Assembly (NCBI RefSeq): GCF_009914755.1
Contig: NC_060941.1
From: the human T2T-CHM13v2.0 reference genome, Homo sapiens
Reading direction: 5' to 3' (one strand)
DNA length: 64,000 bases
This document shows, piece by piece, positions 1 to 13,990 of the stretch (positions are counted from its first letter, which is position 1; the number at the start of each line of letters is the position of its first letter). Both the position numbers and the translations under genes were made by a program. Below the pieces are notes generated by a model that was given only the letters and a program-made list of their open reading frames with translations, ran no database searches and was not told the origin of the DNA.

Positions 1-844
1 TCATCCATGGTAGCAGTGGCTGCTCCAGTGTGCCATAGAAGAGACGAGGCTCAGTGGTCACCACTACAGGGGGTGGAGGGTGGTACGCTGGAGCCAGTCA
101 GAGCCCTCACCAGGGCTGCTTTTGCTCTTTGGGTTCCAGGCATGCAGATGAGTGAATAGGAACTGGGCAGGTGCCCCTCTAGCATCCACGTCTCCCAGGA
201 CAGGTGCTAGGGCCTCATGTCCTTGGTACTGGCAGAGCTGAGGTCTCTGGAGTCTCACATCCCTGAACCAGGATCCTGGACCTCTGCTCTGTGACCTTGG
301 ACATATCACATCCTTCTGGGCCTGCCTCCACCTTCTGGTGTGTGAAGCCAGGACTCCCTGTGTGCTCACTGTGGGGCTAAGGTTTTCTGCCCCAGGTGGC
401 CCCATCCTTGAAGGTTTGCATGCGTGGGCTCTCTGTCCTGCTGGTTCAGAGGCCTGAGTTCTCATCAGGTGCTGCTGCACCCTCTGTGTGTTACCAGCAG
501 CCCTCGGAACTTCTGTCTTTTCATTCCTGTAATGGGGGAGTGTAGATAAAATCACCTCATCAGGCTCTATCCCCAGACTCTATACCCAACTCTAGAGGCT
601 GTAAGTTTTACAAGCAAAATGCAACCAAGCTCAAGTAGTAGACTCCTCCCAGCCCCTGCCTCCTGATGGAGGCACCCAGATGACAACACTCCAAAGAATG
701 TGGAATTTAGCTAAGAGATCAGATACTTGCAGCACCCCAAGGAAGAATAAGATTTATGCATAATGGAGTGCACATGGCAGGCAGTAGCAGTGGGGAGACA
801 GTTGGAGGAAGGCAGAATTCTGCTGCCTTTATCCACGAGTGGGT

Positions 845-1059
845 AGCAAGATGGCAACAGTGATTCCAAACATCCTATCAAGATGCAACAGCTTCAGAGG
901 GAAGAGAAGGGTGGTCTTTTTCTCTATGTTTTTCTAAGGAATAAAGACAACTTTCCCAGAAGCAACCCCAGCAGACTTCATGTCATGTCTCATTGGCCAA
1001 AACCAAGTCACATGCCCATTCCTAAACCACAATCTGGCAAGGGGAACAGGGTGGCCATG
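845..1059 (-). mobile_element. Old MaLR LTR fragment (MLT1K/J-like), interrupted by another MLT1
   Basis: CAAGATGGC...CTCATTGGCCAAAACC...GTCACATGCCCATTCCTAAACC...GGCAAGGGGAA resembles MLT1K; resumes as CATGACTGGCTT after 1590. Confidence 0.6.
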
Positions 1060-1589
1060 TGCTCCAGTTTATTAATATACAAGCAATTGCCCCAAAATTT
1101 AGTAGCTTAAGACAGCAACAATCATATCATGATTATTTCTGACAGCTTTAGGGGTTGGCTGGGCTCAGCAAGGCTGTTCTCACTCAGGATCTCCCAGGCA
1201 GTTGGAGTCAGACAGTGGCTGTCATTTCAAAGGCTTCCCTGCTCATTGGTGTGGCAATTGCATCCACTGAGACTTCAGCTAAGGTTGTCACTAGAACATC
1301 TTTGCACACGGTCTCTTCTTAAGGCCTGGTCTTCCTCATAGGGTGACAGCTTTGTTTTAAGAGTGAGGGTCCCAAGAGACAGGCAGAAGCTTCATTGCCT
1401 TTCTGGAAGCAGCCTTTGAAGTTACCTGATGTCATTTCCATCATAATCCCCAGACAACCTAGGTTTATAGAGAAGAGAACATAGATCCCACCATCTCAGA
1501 TGTGAGGAGTGTCAGAGTTCCATTGTGAGGAACACATGAGAGATGGGATCTATGGTAGCAACCACCTTTGAGAAACACGATCTGCTGTA
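1060..1589 (-). mobile_element. MaLR solo LTR (MLT1E/F/G-like)
   Basis: TG start, CCCCAAAATTTAGTAGCTTAA, GGCTGGGCTCAGC; 5-bp TSD CCATG at 1055-1059 and 1590-1594. Confidence 0.7.
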
Positions 1590-1639
1590 CCATGACTGGC
1601 TTTGACTAGTAAGTTATTCTCCCAGCCTGGAGATTCTGA

Positions 1640-1803
1640 AGTTACTCTGGGGTGGGACCTGAGGGTCTGTTTCTCTTAAAAGCTTCCAGGCAATGTCAAG
1701 GCCATGATATGCTCTAGGCTCTAGGGGTTTAGTCCCAGATCTCTGAAATTTGTTTAAAGCTCTCCAGATGGTTCTAATGTGAAACCAGGGTTGAGAACCA
1801 CTG
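1640..1803. mobile_element. MER5-type hAT-Charlie fragments
   Basis: GGGTGGGACCTGAG...AAGCTCTCCAGATGGTTCTAATGTG...GTTGAGAACCACTG terminal motif. Confidence 0.55.
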
Positions 1804-2789
1804 GCTTAGACCTACTGGGATTTATCACTGTAGCTGGGGATAAGGCCACCTTCTGAGTCTGGCTGGGGAGTGGTGGCATCCCAAACAAAATGCAAGAAAA
1901 GGAGGGAGAATGGTGCTGGGTGGACTCCTGAGGAGGTGGAAGCCCCAGGGACCTCCCCCCACTCCTCGCTCTGTCTCAGCCTGCACCAGCCCCACCTCCT
2001 CCGACAAGGCTGTGCCTGGGGCAAGACGCCAAATTCATGGGCTCATGCCCAGCCCTTCTGCCTCTGAGCCCTTTCCCCAAGGAGCTGGTATTCACTGGTA
2101 TGCAGCTAGAGCCTGCCCCTGGAAAGAGGATAGAGAACATTCTGGAGCCAACGTGTTCTCCAGCCCACTGTCAGGGCCAAGCAAGCAGGGATGCAAGCAG
2201 GGATGATAAATCCTTAGAAATGATCTCATAGTCTCGGGCTCTGACTATCAAGTTCAGGTCAATCTTCATCACTGGTCTTTGAATAATTCATTTTGTGCTC
2301 AGCAGTTGTGAAAAAGAACAAGGCTCAAAGGCTTTAGAGGTTTCTGATTAGGCAATAAAGGAACCACGTATCACAACGTTCCCAGCAGACTAACTTGGGC
2401 CAATTTTTACTTTAAATCCACCCACACTCATACACCTCCCACCCTATTTCAGATACAACAATGTGTGTGAAAACACCGTGTAAACTGTAAAGTCCTCTTT
2501 GGACTAAGTTATTTTCATTAACAAAATGGTGAAGAGACTAAATTAAACCACATAAGGTGAGTAGCAGCTATTCAATCCATAGCATTTCTCAGTGTCCTAA
2601 ATGATCAATTCTGGAGAGCATCCTACAAGGTCTGTTTACAGGCTTGGGATTCACCCAAGAATGGATTCACCATCTTCAACCCAGGCACAGTCTCTTGCAA
2701 ATGTCGATTCAGATACTACGACTTCAGCTTCAACCCCAGCAGGTCATCACCAACATCATGACCACCAACATGCATCTAAAGTCCTTATC

Positions 2790-2915
2790 AGAGTCCTTGG
2801 CACATAATAGGTATTTTGCAAGCATTATCTCATGTAACCCTTTCCATCCTGTACGTAGAATACTGAGACCTAAAGAAGTTTAGGGACTTGCTCATGACCG
2901 CACAGCTGGTAATAT
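2790..2915 (-). mobile_element. MIR fragment
   Basis: ATTATCTCAT...CTGAGAC...GACTTGCTCATGACCGCACAGCTGGTAA. Confidence 0.55.
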
Positions 2916-4995
2916 TTGCACTGCTCTGCTCTGCAAGTCCTGTTTCAAGTGCACCCCCAAGAGCATGGCACCTACAGTCCTAAATGTTCTGCATGGTAAA
3001 TGTACCCTCTTCTATAATCAGAGAAATAATCCAGGTTCCCATCCAAAGATAAATGGGGGAAGGAAAGGTCTAAATGCAAACAACGGTGATGTGTCGTTTC
3101 CTGAAAGCCTCTACACGTTAATCCTGACTCCTTCTCTCCCATCTCTACTCATGATGCCAACCAATGTTGGAAATGGCTCCAGGAAAACTCTGGATTTTCC
3201 TAACTGTGGTCAGCCCGTGGTGGAACCTCGCCACACTCTTGTTCTGGATAAATTGAAGCAACTGGAGAAAGACTCATGACACAAGTTTGGCCATGGAACA
3301 TGTTTGGCGTGTGTGGTTAGGGGTCATCTGATGCATCCTACCAACGTGACCCCAAGGAAAGTGCTGGAGGAATTGGGCTCAGATCCTAGAGATGAGCTCA
3401 TGTCAGACTCTGGCCTCCAGATTCCATTTTCCTGGCTGACTCCCAGGGCACCATGGAGCAAATGGCCAGTGGGTGTGCCATGGCAGGTGAGACCCGCCCC
3501 CCCAACCCGGCATTCTGAAGCCCTTCAGCTGGAGAGGAGGAAGAGATGTTTCATTTGTTCACAATGTTTCCTGAAGCACTGGAAGCGTAAATTCCTGAGT
3601 TGATGGGTGTGTGGGGTGCAAAGAAAAAAAAAGTGAAGTGAGAATAAATTTTACTTAGATGCAAGAAGTGTCACCTTGTTGTGTTAAATTAAGTCTGTCT
3701 GAGCCCCTATTCACCTGGGTGGTGAGAAATTCAGTGTTCCCCAGGGTTGCATGGGAATCCAATGGGGAGGGGATGGCAGTGGCTGCCAGGCTAGAAATCC
3801 AAAGTCCAGCGGTGTAGGTGCCAGGGTTCTTGACACCTGTTGTCCTGTGTCCTCGTAAACACCATCCCGCCACCCCTCTCAGGCCCTGCCAAGGACTCTG
3901 CTCACTGCTGCTCTAGGAACCCATCAATTGCACCTCCTCACTCATGTCCTTCCAGGTGTGGGGACTGTCCCCATGCGTTGACTGCTCTCCCCGACCTCCA
4001 AGGACTCCTTTCAATCTGTCACCCCCTTGGGAGGATCCTGCACATCCTTCCTCAGTGGATCCTTAGAAACTCAATGGTGGGCTTTTTTGCCTGGATTGGG
4101 GGAAGAAAAAGTGATGGGGAAAATGAAGTACTCATAATAATTTACCCTGTGATCCTATTAATAATAAATTAGTACTAATATATTATTTTGGTTATTGCTA
4201 CTGTTTCTTTAGCACCTACTATATAACAGCTTCTGTCCTGGGCTGTTTCTCCGGTGTGATTTCATTTTATTTGCTTTGAATCCTAGTGCAGAATCTGAGT
4301 TAGTTACCCTCTCCAGTTCATGATGTGCAGCCATTATTGGTTCACATAAGGCCTGGCTCTTGATTTTTTATTCATTCATTCATTTTTTTTCCTTCCCCCT
4401 CCACCCCATGAGCAACCATTCAGATGTGTTTAATATATATATTTTTGTTTCTATGTGCTCCTTAAATGTATATTGTTTTCTGGCATGTGTATTTTAATTT
4501 AAATAAAGGGTACTGCATTATATATGCATCTCTCTTTCTCACTTTTTCATCCAGCACTGCTTTTACAATCTTCTGCTTTCCTCCATGAACATATAGTTCA
4601 TTGCTCCTAACTGCTGCCAAGCACTCCACAGCCTTTACTTTTTGCCTAAACCCCAGTGAAAATCTCAGTAATTAACACCAGGAAAGTGGGATTTGGAGGC
4701 CAGAGTCTGACTTGACTCATGTTTAGGATCTGACACCAATTCCCCCAGCACTTCTCTTAGGTAGGGTTGCTTCCAACTCCCCTACAACACACGCACCAAA
4801 CAGCACTGCTGAAAATACAGCTGTCCGTCTCCCCTTACAGATCTGGCAACCATTTCTTGGGGCTACACCGGGGGGTGGATGTAATGCATCGCAGGCTATG
4901 TTTGCACTTAATTTAATCCAACACGTTCTCATTGTTCTTCAGCAAAGATGCTCCAGTTCATACTCCCCGTGTCCCCCATCCCCGCTAAAACAGCC

Positions 4996-5200
4996 CAGAA
5001 TTCCTCAGTCTCAACACTATTGACATTTTGAGCCAGAACATTCTTTGTTGTGGGTGCTGATCTTTGCATTGCAGGAAAGTTCAGCAGCATCTCTAGCCCC
5101 TACTCACAGGATGCCAGTAGCATTCGTATCCTCTGCTTGTGGCAACCAAAATCTCCAAATGTCCCCTGAGCGGAAAACTGTCTCCAGCTGTGAGCTACCT
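4996..5200 (+). mobile_element. MER20 (hAT-Charlie)
   Basis: CACTATTGACATTTTGAGCCAGA...CAGCAGCATCTCTAGCC...GATGCCAGTAGCA...CAAATGTCCCCTG matches MER20. Confidence 0.8.
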
Positions 5201-5261
5201 AGGCTTCCCTAGCTTTCTCCTTTTTGTCAATGTAGTGGGTTCCACCCTACATTTCCAGCAA

Positions 5262-5341
5262 TCCTACAGCCACACTACCCTCAAAACCCCTGATCTCAGA
5301 AGTGAAGCAGGGTCAGGCCTGGTTAGTACCCGGCCGGTAGA
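5262..5341 (+). pseudogene. 5S rRNA pseudogene fragment (3'-truncated, ~10-nt internal deletion)
   Basis: CTACAGCCACACTACCCT...TGATCTCAGAAGTGAAGCAGGGTCAGGCCTGGTTAGTAC aligns to roughly nt 1-90 of 5S rRNA. Confidence 0.85.
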
Positions 5342-5576
5342 AGATGGTACAACGAACTCCCTGGTACCCATCACTCAGCTTCCACGAGGACCAACTCATG
5401 TCTGACCCCAGATTCTTTAGAAGCAAATCCCAAACATCATATCACTTCTTCTGCAATGATTTCCCGCCATATTGGCAAAAAATCAGGATTCTTTTAAAAT
5501 CACAATGCCAATAATACACTTAAAACAATAGTTTCTTGATGTCCTCAAATGTCCAGTTCAATGTTCAGATTTTCCT

Positions 5577-5876
5577 TATTATTATTATTATTATTTTTAG
5601 ATGGAGTCTCACTCTGTCGCCCAGGCTGGAGTGCAGCGGCGCAATCTTGGCTCACTGCAACCTCCGCCTCCTGGGTTCAAGCAATTCTCTGCCTCAGCCT
5701 CCCGAGTAGCTGGGATTACAGGCACCCGCCACCATACCCGGCTAATTTTTGTATTTTTAGTAGAGACAGGGTTTCACCATATTGGCCAGGCTGGTCTTGA
5801 ACTCCTGACCTCGTGATCCACCCGCCTCAGCCTCCCAAAGTGCTGGGATTACAGGTGTGAGCCACTGAGCCTGGCC
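5577..5876 (-). mobile_element. AluS (Sg-like)
   Basis: Full dimer, (TTA)n tail, TSD GATTTTCCT. Confidence 0.95.
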
Positions 5877-6151
5877 GATTTTCCTAGTTATTATCTAAAA
5901 CATGCATATGTGTCGGTGCTTTCCTGTTTATCAAGACCCATGTAATATCCTGGCCTCACAATTGCTTTCAGGTCTCTTACATTTCATCCTTGAGTTTCTC
6001 AGCCTTACCCACTATCAGTCGGCCCATAGCCCGGAATGTTCTGACTGTATCACCCTGGGGTTGGTGAATGTTTCCCTCCATTGCATTTCCTGTGAATTGG
6101 TAGACGGATCTAGAAGCTTGATTGGTTGCAGGTCTGACTTGTTGACAGTGA

Positions 6152-6529
<378 letters not shown>

Positions 6530-6669
6530 TAATAGTCACAGCCCAGGTTCATTACGCTGTTAGTGGTTGCGCAGAGGTGATGTTCTAACACCATTCTTTC
6601 TTCATTATGAGCTGGAGTACTGCTGTTCTGAGAAACCGCCCTTCAACTGCTCTCAAGTTTCTCTACTTT

Positions 6670-7024
6670 GGTCCTCATTCCACCCTGTGGCTGCACACAA
6701 CTGCCCTACAGATGCACCCAGGCCCCAGTGCATGGACATGGAGACCGTTTCCAGCAAAAACATCCACCTGTAACATTCTGCCAGCCCCCCATCCTCAGAA
6801 GTCACTCTCATCTTCATTTTTCACAAATCTCCAAGTCGTGAATATTTGTGTCCTTATCCTTTCTGGCTCCTGTGTTTTTCTTCTGCTTCAAGGCCATGAA
6901 ACAACCACATTGAGACGTCTCCTCTAAGAAGTCTGCCCTGATTCAATGTCTCGAGAATGGCCACTTCTTTGCCAGGTTTTGGAGAGGCCCAGGGCAAGGC
7001 TAGAGGCCATTCCCAGGGAGGCTG
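6670..7024 (+). repeat. Local duplication copy 1 (paralogue at 11106-11443)
   Basis: Shared exact blocks GGTCCTCATTCCACCC, GCCATGAAACAACCACAT, GAGAATGGCCACTTCTTTG, CAGGTTTTGGAGAGGCC. Confidence 0.9.
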
Positions 7025-7474
7025 GGAGGGTTTCAAGTTTGCCTTGGCACAGAGCGATGTTGCCGGGAGCTAACACCCCCACTTCTGCTCCCACGTGGAG
7101 AGGGGCCTTTCCTGGAGGCCCCCGCCAGCTGTGAGTCACCAGCTCCTGAGCCCCAAACCCCATAGAAGAAATGCAAATGGATTCTGGTGAATAGAGAACT
7201 CAAGCCACCTCCGTGTGGGAGAGGATGTTATAATATCAGGCTGTCGGCAAATTAACGTTATTAAACAAATGCACCAAAATAGCAGCCATAATTATTCCCA
7301 TACAGTAGCTCAATCTGGAACTTTCAGGGTGTTTTTGTTCCCCCCCCAAACACAGGGCTGTCGCTGCTCCTGTGGTCCTTCCTCCTTCCTTCTCTGCAAG
7401 ATGCTGCAGAGCAAAGGGGCCTCAAGCAAGCTCCCAGAACCTCTTTGTTTCCCTGGGAAATGATAAAATCATGG

Positions 7475-7625
7475 GAGCTAAGATTTCTTCAACACCTAAG
7501 TGCCAGGCCCTTTACGTATGAAACTCGATTTACAACCTGATGAAGGAAATGCTGTTGTTCCCATTGGACAGATTAGCAAGCTGAGTCCAAGAGAGGCCAT
7601 GTAACTTGCCTTGCGGTCACTGGGC
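7475..7625 (-). mobile_element. MIR fragment
   Basis: GTGCCAGGC...CCCATTGGACAGAT...GTAACTTGCC...GGTCAC. Confidence 0.55.
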
Positions 7626-9039
7626 TTGAGGATATGAACGCCTGGGCTTGAGCAACCTCTGACCTTTGCCTTTTGCTCTGACTTGCTGCTCCAAATGTTC
7701 TTCTCCCCAATATCTTCCTCTGTCTCTCTAGAGACGCTTCACCTCAAAGTACCTGCCCATGGCACCATGGCTTTTGAAGGCTGCTCTGTTCCAGGGAGCT
7801 CCGTTATCTCCCTGCTCGGGGTGGCCTGTGCCCAGGGCCAGGTTTGGGCCAGGGTCCCTTGCAGGAGAGCAGAACAGTGGGGATCGAGGAGGGGTGAGGT
7901 GCCAGCAGAGGCCAGCTTCCTGGCAAGTTGGCATGAGGACACAAGGTCATGGGGGAGGTGAGAGGCCCAGGAAGGGGGTGCCCCAAGCACAGATCTGAGC
8001 ATCACTCCAGCCAGGCTGGCCAGGCTGGGCACATGATTGCAGGAGCCTGTGTCCTGCAGCAAATGGGGCCCGTCCTGGCAGCAGCCCGCTCCTCGCTCTG
8101 ACAGGCGGATCAGTCCCCTTCTCTGAGCCTCCATCTCCGCATGATGCCTGCCTCTGTGTCAGGCTATCAACATCACACGTTATGCAAAGGATGCATGTGA
8201 CAGGTGCCCATTAGGGATATCACTGGGGCTACAGCCATAAAGGGCCTTCCCAGGAGCCACATTCTGGGCTGGAACTGGGTGGAGACAGCAGTCAAGCCCA
8301 GGTCTTGCCCCTTTGTCCTCAAGAAGCTGTCCAGGGAGCAGAGAAGCCATGATTCTGCTGTCGATGACTCCCGTGATCACCATGCGGTGGATGCTGTGAG
8401 CCCACCCGGATGTCCCTGCTGTCAAGGCCATGTCACTCTGGGCTACTGGGAGGACTGTCCTCAGGTGACCCTCAGCCATCAGCCCTTACCCTGGGAGCTG
8501 CCTCAGCTGCAGAGCGCCACCTCGCCCTTGGTCATGCCCTGCCCTGGGCAGTCCATATCCAGGGACCAGTGGGCTGGAAACAAAGTCGTGGCAATCTCAG
8601 GCAACTCAGGATAACTCTGAAGGGCTGGTCTGCCTCCAGCACACCCTAGGAGTGGGGCCTGCTCTGCAGCCGGGATCCCCCCGCCCTCCACCCATCGCTC
8701 CTCCCACCCTTCCTTTCCCAAGTGCCTGGCTCCAGGACATCCCCAATCCCCTGCCAGCTCTTTCTCCTTGCCCGCTTTCTGAAGAATCCAACCTGCAACA
8801 TATTATCACTATAATTGTATAAGTGCGGATGATGTCGCCCAGGATTGCTTGCAGGTGAGCCTAAGTTGAGAGAAATTGCAGGCAGCCGCAGGAGCATGTC
8901 ATAAGGAACAACTTTAGTTTTTGCCTGCCCGAGGGCCACTCTCCCCTTCTTTTGGCCAAGGAGTGAGGAAAGGACTCAGGCTGGGTTATAGTTCCTCATC
9001 CCGGCTCTGCTGATGAGGGGTAAGGTTGGGCAGCTCATG

Positions 9040-9180
9040 CAGTGCCAGGCACCAGGTCAGGCCTTTTGTGAACATGACTGCACCTAAGCACATCAATCAT
9101 GGGTCCCCATCTCACAGGATTAAAGAGATCACTTGTCCAAGGTTACACAGCTAATGAGTGGTGGGGCTGGGATTCAATGT
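9040..9180 (-). mobile_element. MIR fragment
   Basis: ACTTGTCCAAGGTTACACAGCTAATGAGTGG...CTGGGATTCAA. Confidence 0.6.
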
Positions 9181-10557
9181 TTTTCACACGAGGCTCCGAG
9201 GGACCCTGGGACATTCATGGGGTCCCTGGAGGGAAGAGTGTGAGGAGGAGGTGAAGAGGAGGCTGAGAAGAGGAGGCTGAGTAGGGGAGGCTGAGTAGGT
9301 GGTGCTCCCCAGCCTTCAACGGCGGCAACTCAACCTGCACGGATTTCACATGCCAGGCAGATGCCGCCCTGTGCCGGCATCTCAGGCAGCCTGTGCTTGA
9401 TGTTCCCAATGTCATGTTGACTTTTCCACGCAGAAGTGGTTCTGGAATCAGACAGCTCCAAGCAGCTGACCTTTCCTGCATGCAATTCTGTCTGCTTCAA
9501 GTCACTTCAATCTACTGATTTTGCTCTGCCCTTAGGAACCACACCAAATAGACCCTGCTTTTCAACTTAGCCCCTGAGAGTAGTTACCTGTCCTCACTGA
9601 GTGGCCAACCATGTCCCCTCCCTCTTTTCCCTCCTGTGGGTGATGTGCTTCAGGGATGTTTCATCATCCTGCTCACTGTCTTCTGTAGAACCTCCAGATT
9701 GCAATGTCTCTTTAAAGTATAATTTCCAGAATTGATTAAAAACTCCAGCACCAAATGCCAGGGACTATTATGTTTCTTGACGTGGGCTTCGTGTATTTGC
9801 TCATTTTGTTTGTTAAGAAAATGTCCTAAACCTGTAATCTCCAATGCACAGGTGATCTGCAGGTCAGTAGTGCCTAAGCTGTCTTCACCAGCCTGTGCAT
9901 GGAAAATTGGTTTGGGGAGCCAGAAGTCAATACTTTACATTTACCCCTTTACCAAATTATACCTTTGACCATTGAACATAGAACTTGCACCTGCGAAGAG
10001 TCATTTTTTTCCCCCAAATTCATATGCTTACCCAATTTTATCAGGGAAAAAAGCTAACAATTCTGCCCTCTTATGGCCAATTTATTATTTTCCTCTTCTT
10101 TAACATATTTTCCTGGAACAGAATGGGACAAGCGATTCCATACATAGTTTGGACATTGTGTAGCACACATTTTCTTTAGGATAACTCCCATCTGCTGGTG
10201 GAAATGGAGAAGAACCTATAATAAGGTGGCCGGTGAGGATAGTTTCAGGAGCCTGCCTCCTAAGCCTTAGCTGTCCACCCACCATGCTTGGCAACTGTGG
10301 CTGCCCTGGAAGGCAGAAGAAACTTCTATCTACAAAGAACCTCCAAAAGGACTAGAAATCAGCCTCCAGTGCTTCCTATTTAATTCTGAAACAATCCTAT
10401 AGAAACAAACTTACAGAAAAGTTGCGAGTCCAGAACAAAGAACTCCTTTGTAAAGGAGGGCTCCCAGGCTTTTATGGTAAATGGCACCCTCAGGTCTCAG
10501 AAACTTCTTCACAGCACTCCTAGGCCAAAAGCACCCAACAATTCTATTTATCAAGTA

Positions 10558-11085
<528 letters not shown>

Positions 11086-11105
11086 TAGTTAGGATTCTGT
11101 GCCTC

Positions 11106-11443
11106 GGTCCTCATTCCACCCAGGAGCTGCACAGGCTCTGCTGTGTGGAAGGCCCCAGGCCCCAGTGTAGGGTCACAGGGATCGTTTCCGGCAATAACAT
11201 CCACATGTAGCATCTGCCCACCCCCCTCCAGAAGCCACTCTTTCATCTTCCTTTTTTGGACACAAATCTGGAAGTCGTGAATATTCATGTTGTTATTCTT
11301 CTGGCCCCTGTGCGTTCCCTCTGCTCCAAAGCCATGAAACAACCACATCACACATTCCCCTCTATGCAGTCTGCCCTGATTAAATGACTTGAGAATGGCC
11401 ACTTCTTTGTCAGGTTTTGGAGAGGCCATTCTCAGGGAGGCTG
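11106..11443 (+). repeat. Local duplication copy 2 (paralogue at 6670-7024)
   Basis: Same exact blocks as copy 1; lacks 19 nt between AGAGGCC repeats. Confidence 0.9.
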
Positions 11444-11499
11444 AATAGTGGTAGGCTGGTAGATGTTGCTGTGTTTCCGTCAAACATTTAAGGTATTCT

Positions 11500-11816
11500 G
11501 GCCGGGCACAGTGGCTCATGCCTGTAATCCCAGCACTTTGGGAGGCCGAGGTGGGTGGATCATGAGGTCAGGAGATCGAGACCATCCTGGCCAACATGGT
11601 GAAACCCCGTCTCTACTAAATATACAAAAATTAGCCGGGCATGGTGGTGTGTGCCTGTAATCCCAGCTACTCTGGAGGCTGAAGCAGGAGAATCGCTCAA
11701 ACCCAGGAGGCGGAGGTTGCAGTGAGAGCTGAGATTGCACCACTGCACTCCAGCCTGGGCGACAGAGCAAGACTCTGTCTCAAAATAAAATAAAATAAAA
11801 TAAAATAATAAAATAA
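11500..11816 (+). mobile_element. AluSc-like
   Basis: GAGATCGAGACCATCCTGGCCAAC; (TAAAA)n tail. Confidence 0.95.
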
Positions 11817-12708
11817 AGTATCCTATGGCATTTCTGAGAGTTTACTGTAGTGCCCTGGGGCACCTCGAAACATGGCTTGGGAACCGTGGTTCTGGGCTAG
11901 TAAGTTGCCAGCTTGGTGCCCCATTATCCTTAAATTCTTTAGTGTGTGTTTCCTGCAAAAGGACATTCTCCTACACAGCCTAACACATTCATCCCCACCA
12001 GAATCCACAACAATGCATCGCTACCATTCAAGGGCCACAATGGAGGTCGGTACTGAGACTCACAGTGGACCAAAGGAGGGAGTGACCAGCAAGACTGATG
12101 GGACTCTTCGCAAAGGGAAAAGATGAATGGGAGTTTCCCAGGTGGGAGGGGACACTATGCCGTGCCACACAGGTTTAGGGAAACTTGGCGTGTTTGGGAA
12201 TGCAAAGTTCCCTAAGGCTGGAGCTTAAAGACCAGAGACATATGTTGGGGCCAGAGACAAAAGACCCTTGAACTCCAGACGAAGGATTGTGAACCTCATC
12301 CAACAGGCAATAGGGAGCCAAAAGACATTTCAGGCAGAGGTCAGGCAAGCCAGCTTCATTTCTGAGAAAAGTCTGCTGAGCAGTAGTACAGATGGTGGAA
12401 GGAGTAGGGAGAGAGGCTGGGCTGGGACAGGAGTCGGGGCCACTCGGGAGCCCAGGTGGGGCCAGGGGGCTGGAGGGCAGCCCCCTAAGGCCAGGACCTG
12501 CTAATTCTCAACCCACACGAGACTGTGAAGATGGAGACCAGCCCTCTGCTTTGTCTGCATCAACCCTGCACCTCATCGTGTATTGTAACGTAGCATAGTG
12601 TAGGCAATCTCAAAGCAGATCCGTCCAAACACAGGTGTGAGAAACTGACCGAAGCCACGTGGAGAAGTTCAGCTCTCAGGACACAGCACATCTCTCAGTT
12701 AATTTTGG

Positions 12709-12927
12709 AAGCTCTGAAGTCAGAGGACTGGACTTGGTTTAAGGCTCTGCCATGTGCTAGCTCTGGGGTCCCAGCTACTCACCTCACCTCTCTCTTCCTC
12801 CTAACTTAACAAAAGGATAATAAGAATCAACTTTATGAGCTGCAAGAGGATTCAAGGAAGACAGCCCTATAAGATTCTTAGCCAGTGCCCAGCACAGAGT
12901 AAGAGTAAAGTAAATGTCAGCTAATAC
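12709..12927 (+). mobile_element. MIR
   Basis: GGCTCTGCCA...CAGTGCCCAGCACAGAGTAAG...TAAATGTCAGCTA. Confidence 0.6.
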
Positions 12928-13088
12928 CTTCACAGTTCTTGAAAGGTCTGTGTCTCAACAGAGGAGTTTCTTTCATCACAGACCAAGCCAAGGACTAACA
13001 GTTTGTGTAATCGGCAAATTATTAAGAAGCAACATGCTGGGGCTGGGAACTCGAGATGAAGATGGAGATGCAGTTGGAGCAGGGTGGG

Positions 13089-13466
13089 TGTATTAGCCTG
13101 TTTTCATACTGCTATAAAGAACTGCCCGAGACTAGGTAATTTATAAAGGAAAGAGGTCTAATTGACTCACAGTTCAGCATGGCTGGGGAGGCCTCAGGAA
13201 ACCTACAGTCATGGTGGAAGGCAAAGGGGAAGCAAGGCACCTTCTTCACAAGGCGGGCAGAAAGGAGAAGTGCCGAGCGAGGGGGAAGAGCCCCTTATAA
13301 AACCATCATATCTCGCGAGAATTCACTCACTATCAGAGAACAGCATGGGGGAAACCACCCCCATGATTCAATTGCCTCCACCTGGTCTCTCCCTTGACAG
13401 GTGAGGATTATGGGGATTACAATTCAAGATGAGATTTGAGTGGGGACATAAAGCCTAATCACATCA
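13089..13466 (-). mobile_element. THE1D-like solo LTR
   Basis: TGTATTAG...TGACTCACAGTTC...ACAATTCAAGATGAGATTTG...ATCA. Confidence 0.9.
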
Positions 13467-13990
13467 AGGCTTTCAGGCTGCAGAATGGGAAGCTGGAAAG
13501 GAAATCCAGAATCCAGCAGGACGCTTTGACTCAAAGAACTGAGCAAGAGCAGAGACTAAGCAGAGGCCATAGGGTGGATAGATGGATGGTGGAGGGGAGT
13601 CAGGAAAGGTTCTGGAGCTGGCAGGCGTGGAGCAGAGGGCAGGGATGGCATGAAGCAGCGTCACCTGCCTCTGCCCACTCAGAACACAGAAGCCCCGCCC
13701 GCCGATTCCTGGTGTCCTCAAAAGGCAGAGGGAGGCAATGGCAGCATTCATGGCCAGGCTCAGAGGCCACACCCTAGGGAGTCTGGGGAGAGGGGGAATC
13801 ATCCCCGGGACAATCTTGGCCCAGCTCCTGGGGGCAGCAGTGAGGGCAGAGGGGAGGGATGCAAGTCGGCCGGCATGGACCCACACATAGACGCCTTGAC
13901 AGAAAGAGAGGCCATTCCTACATTGCTTCTTGGTTGAAGTCATTGGTACGTGCTCTATGAGAGAAGGGGATTTCCTCTGGGAGAGGAGCC

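Noticed and set aside
2181-2205. Short tandem duplications (GCAAGCAGGGAT x2; also 14341-14380 and 60243-60272)
   Set aside because: Ordinary slippage products; no repeat-spacer array
8180-8650. Overlapping ORFs with modest CpG retention as a possible exon or pseudogene
   Set aside because: No protein family recognised in any frame
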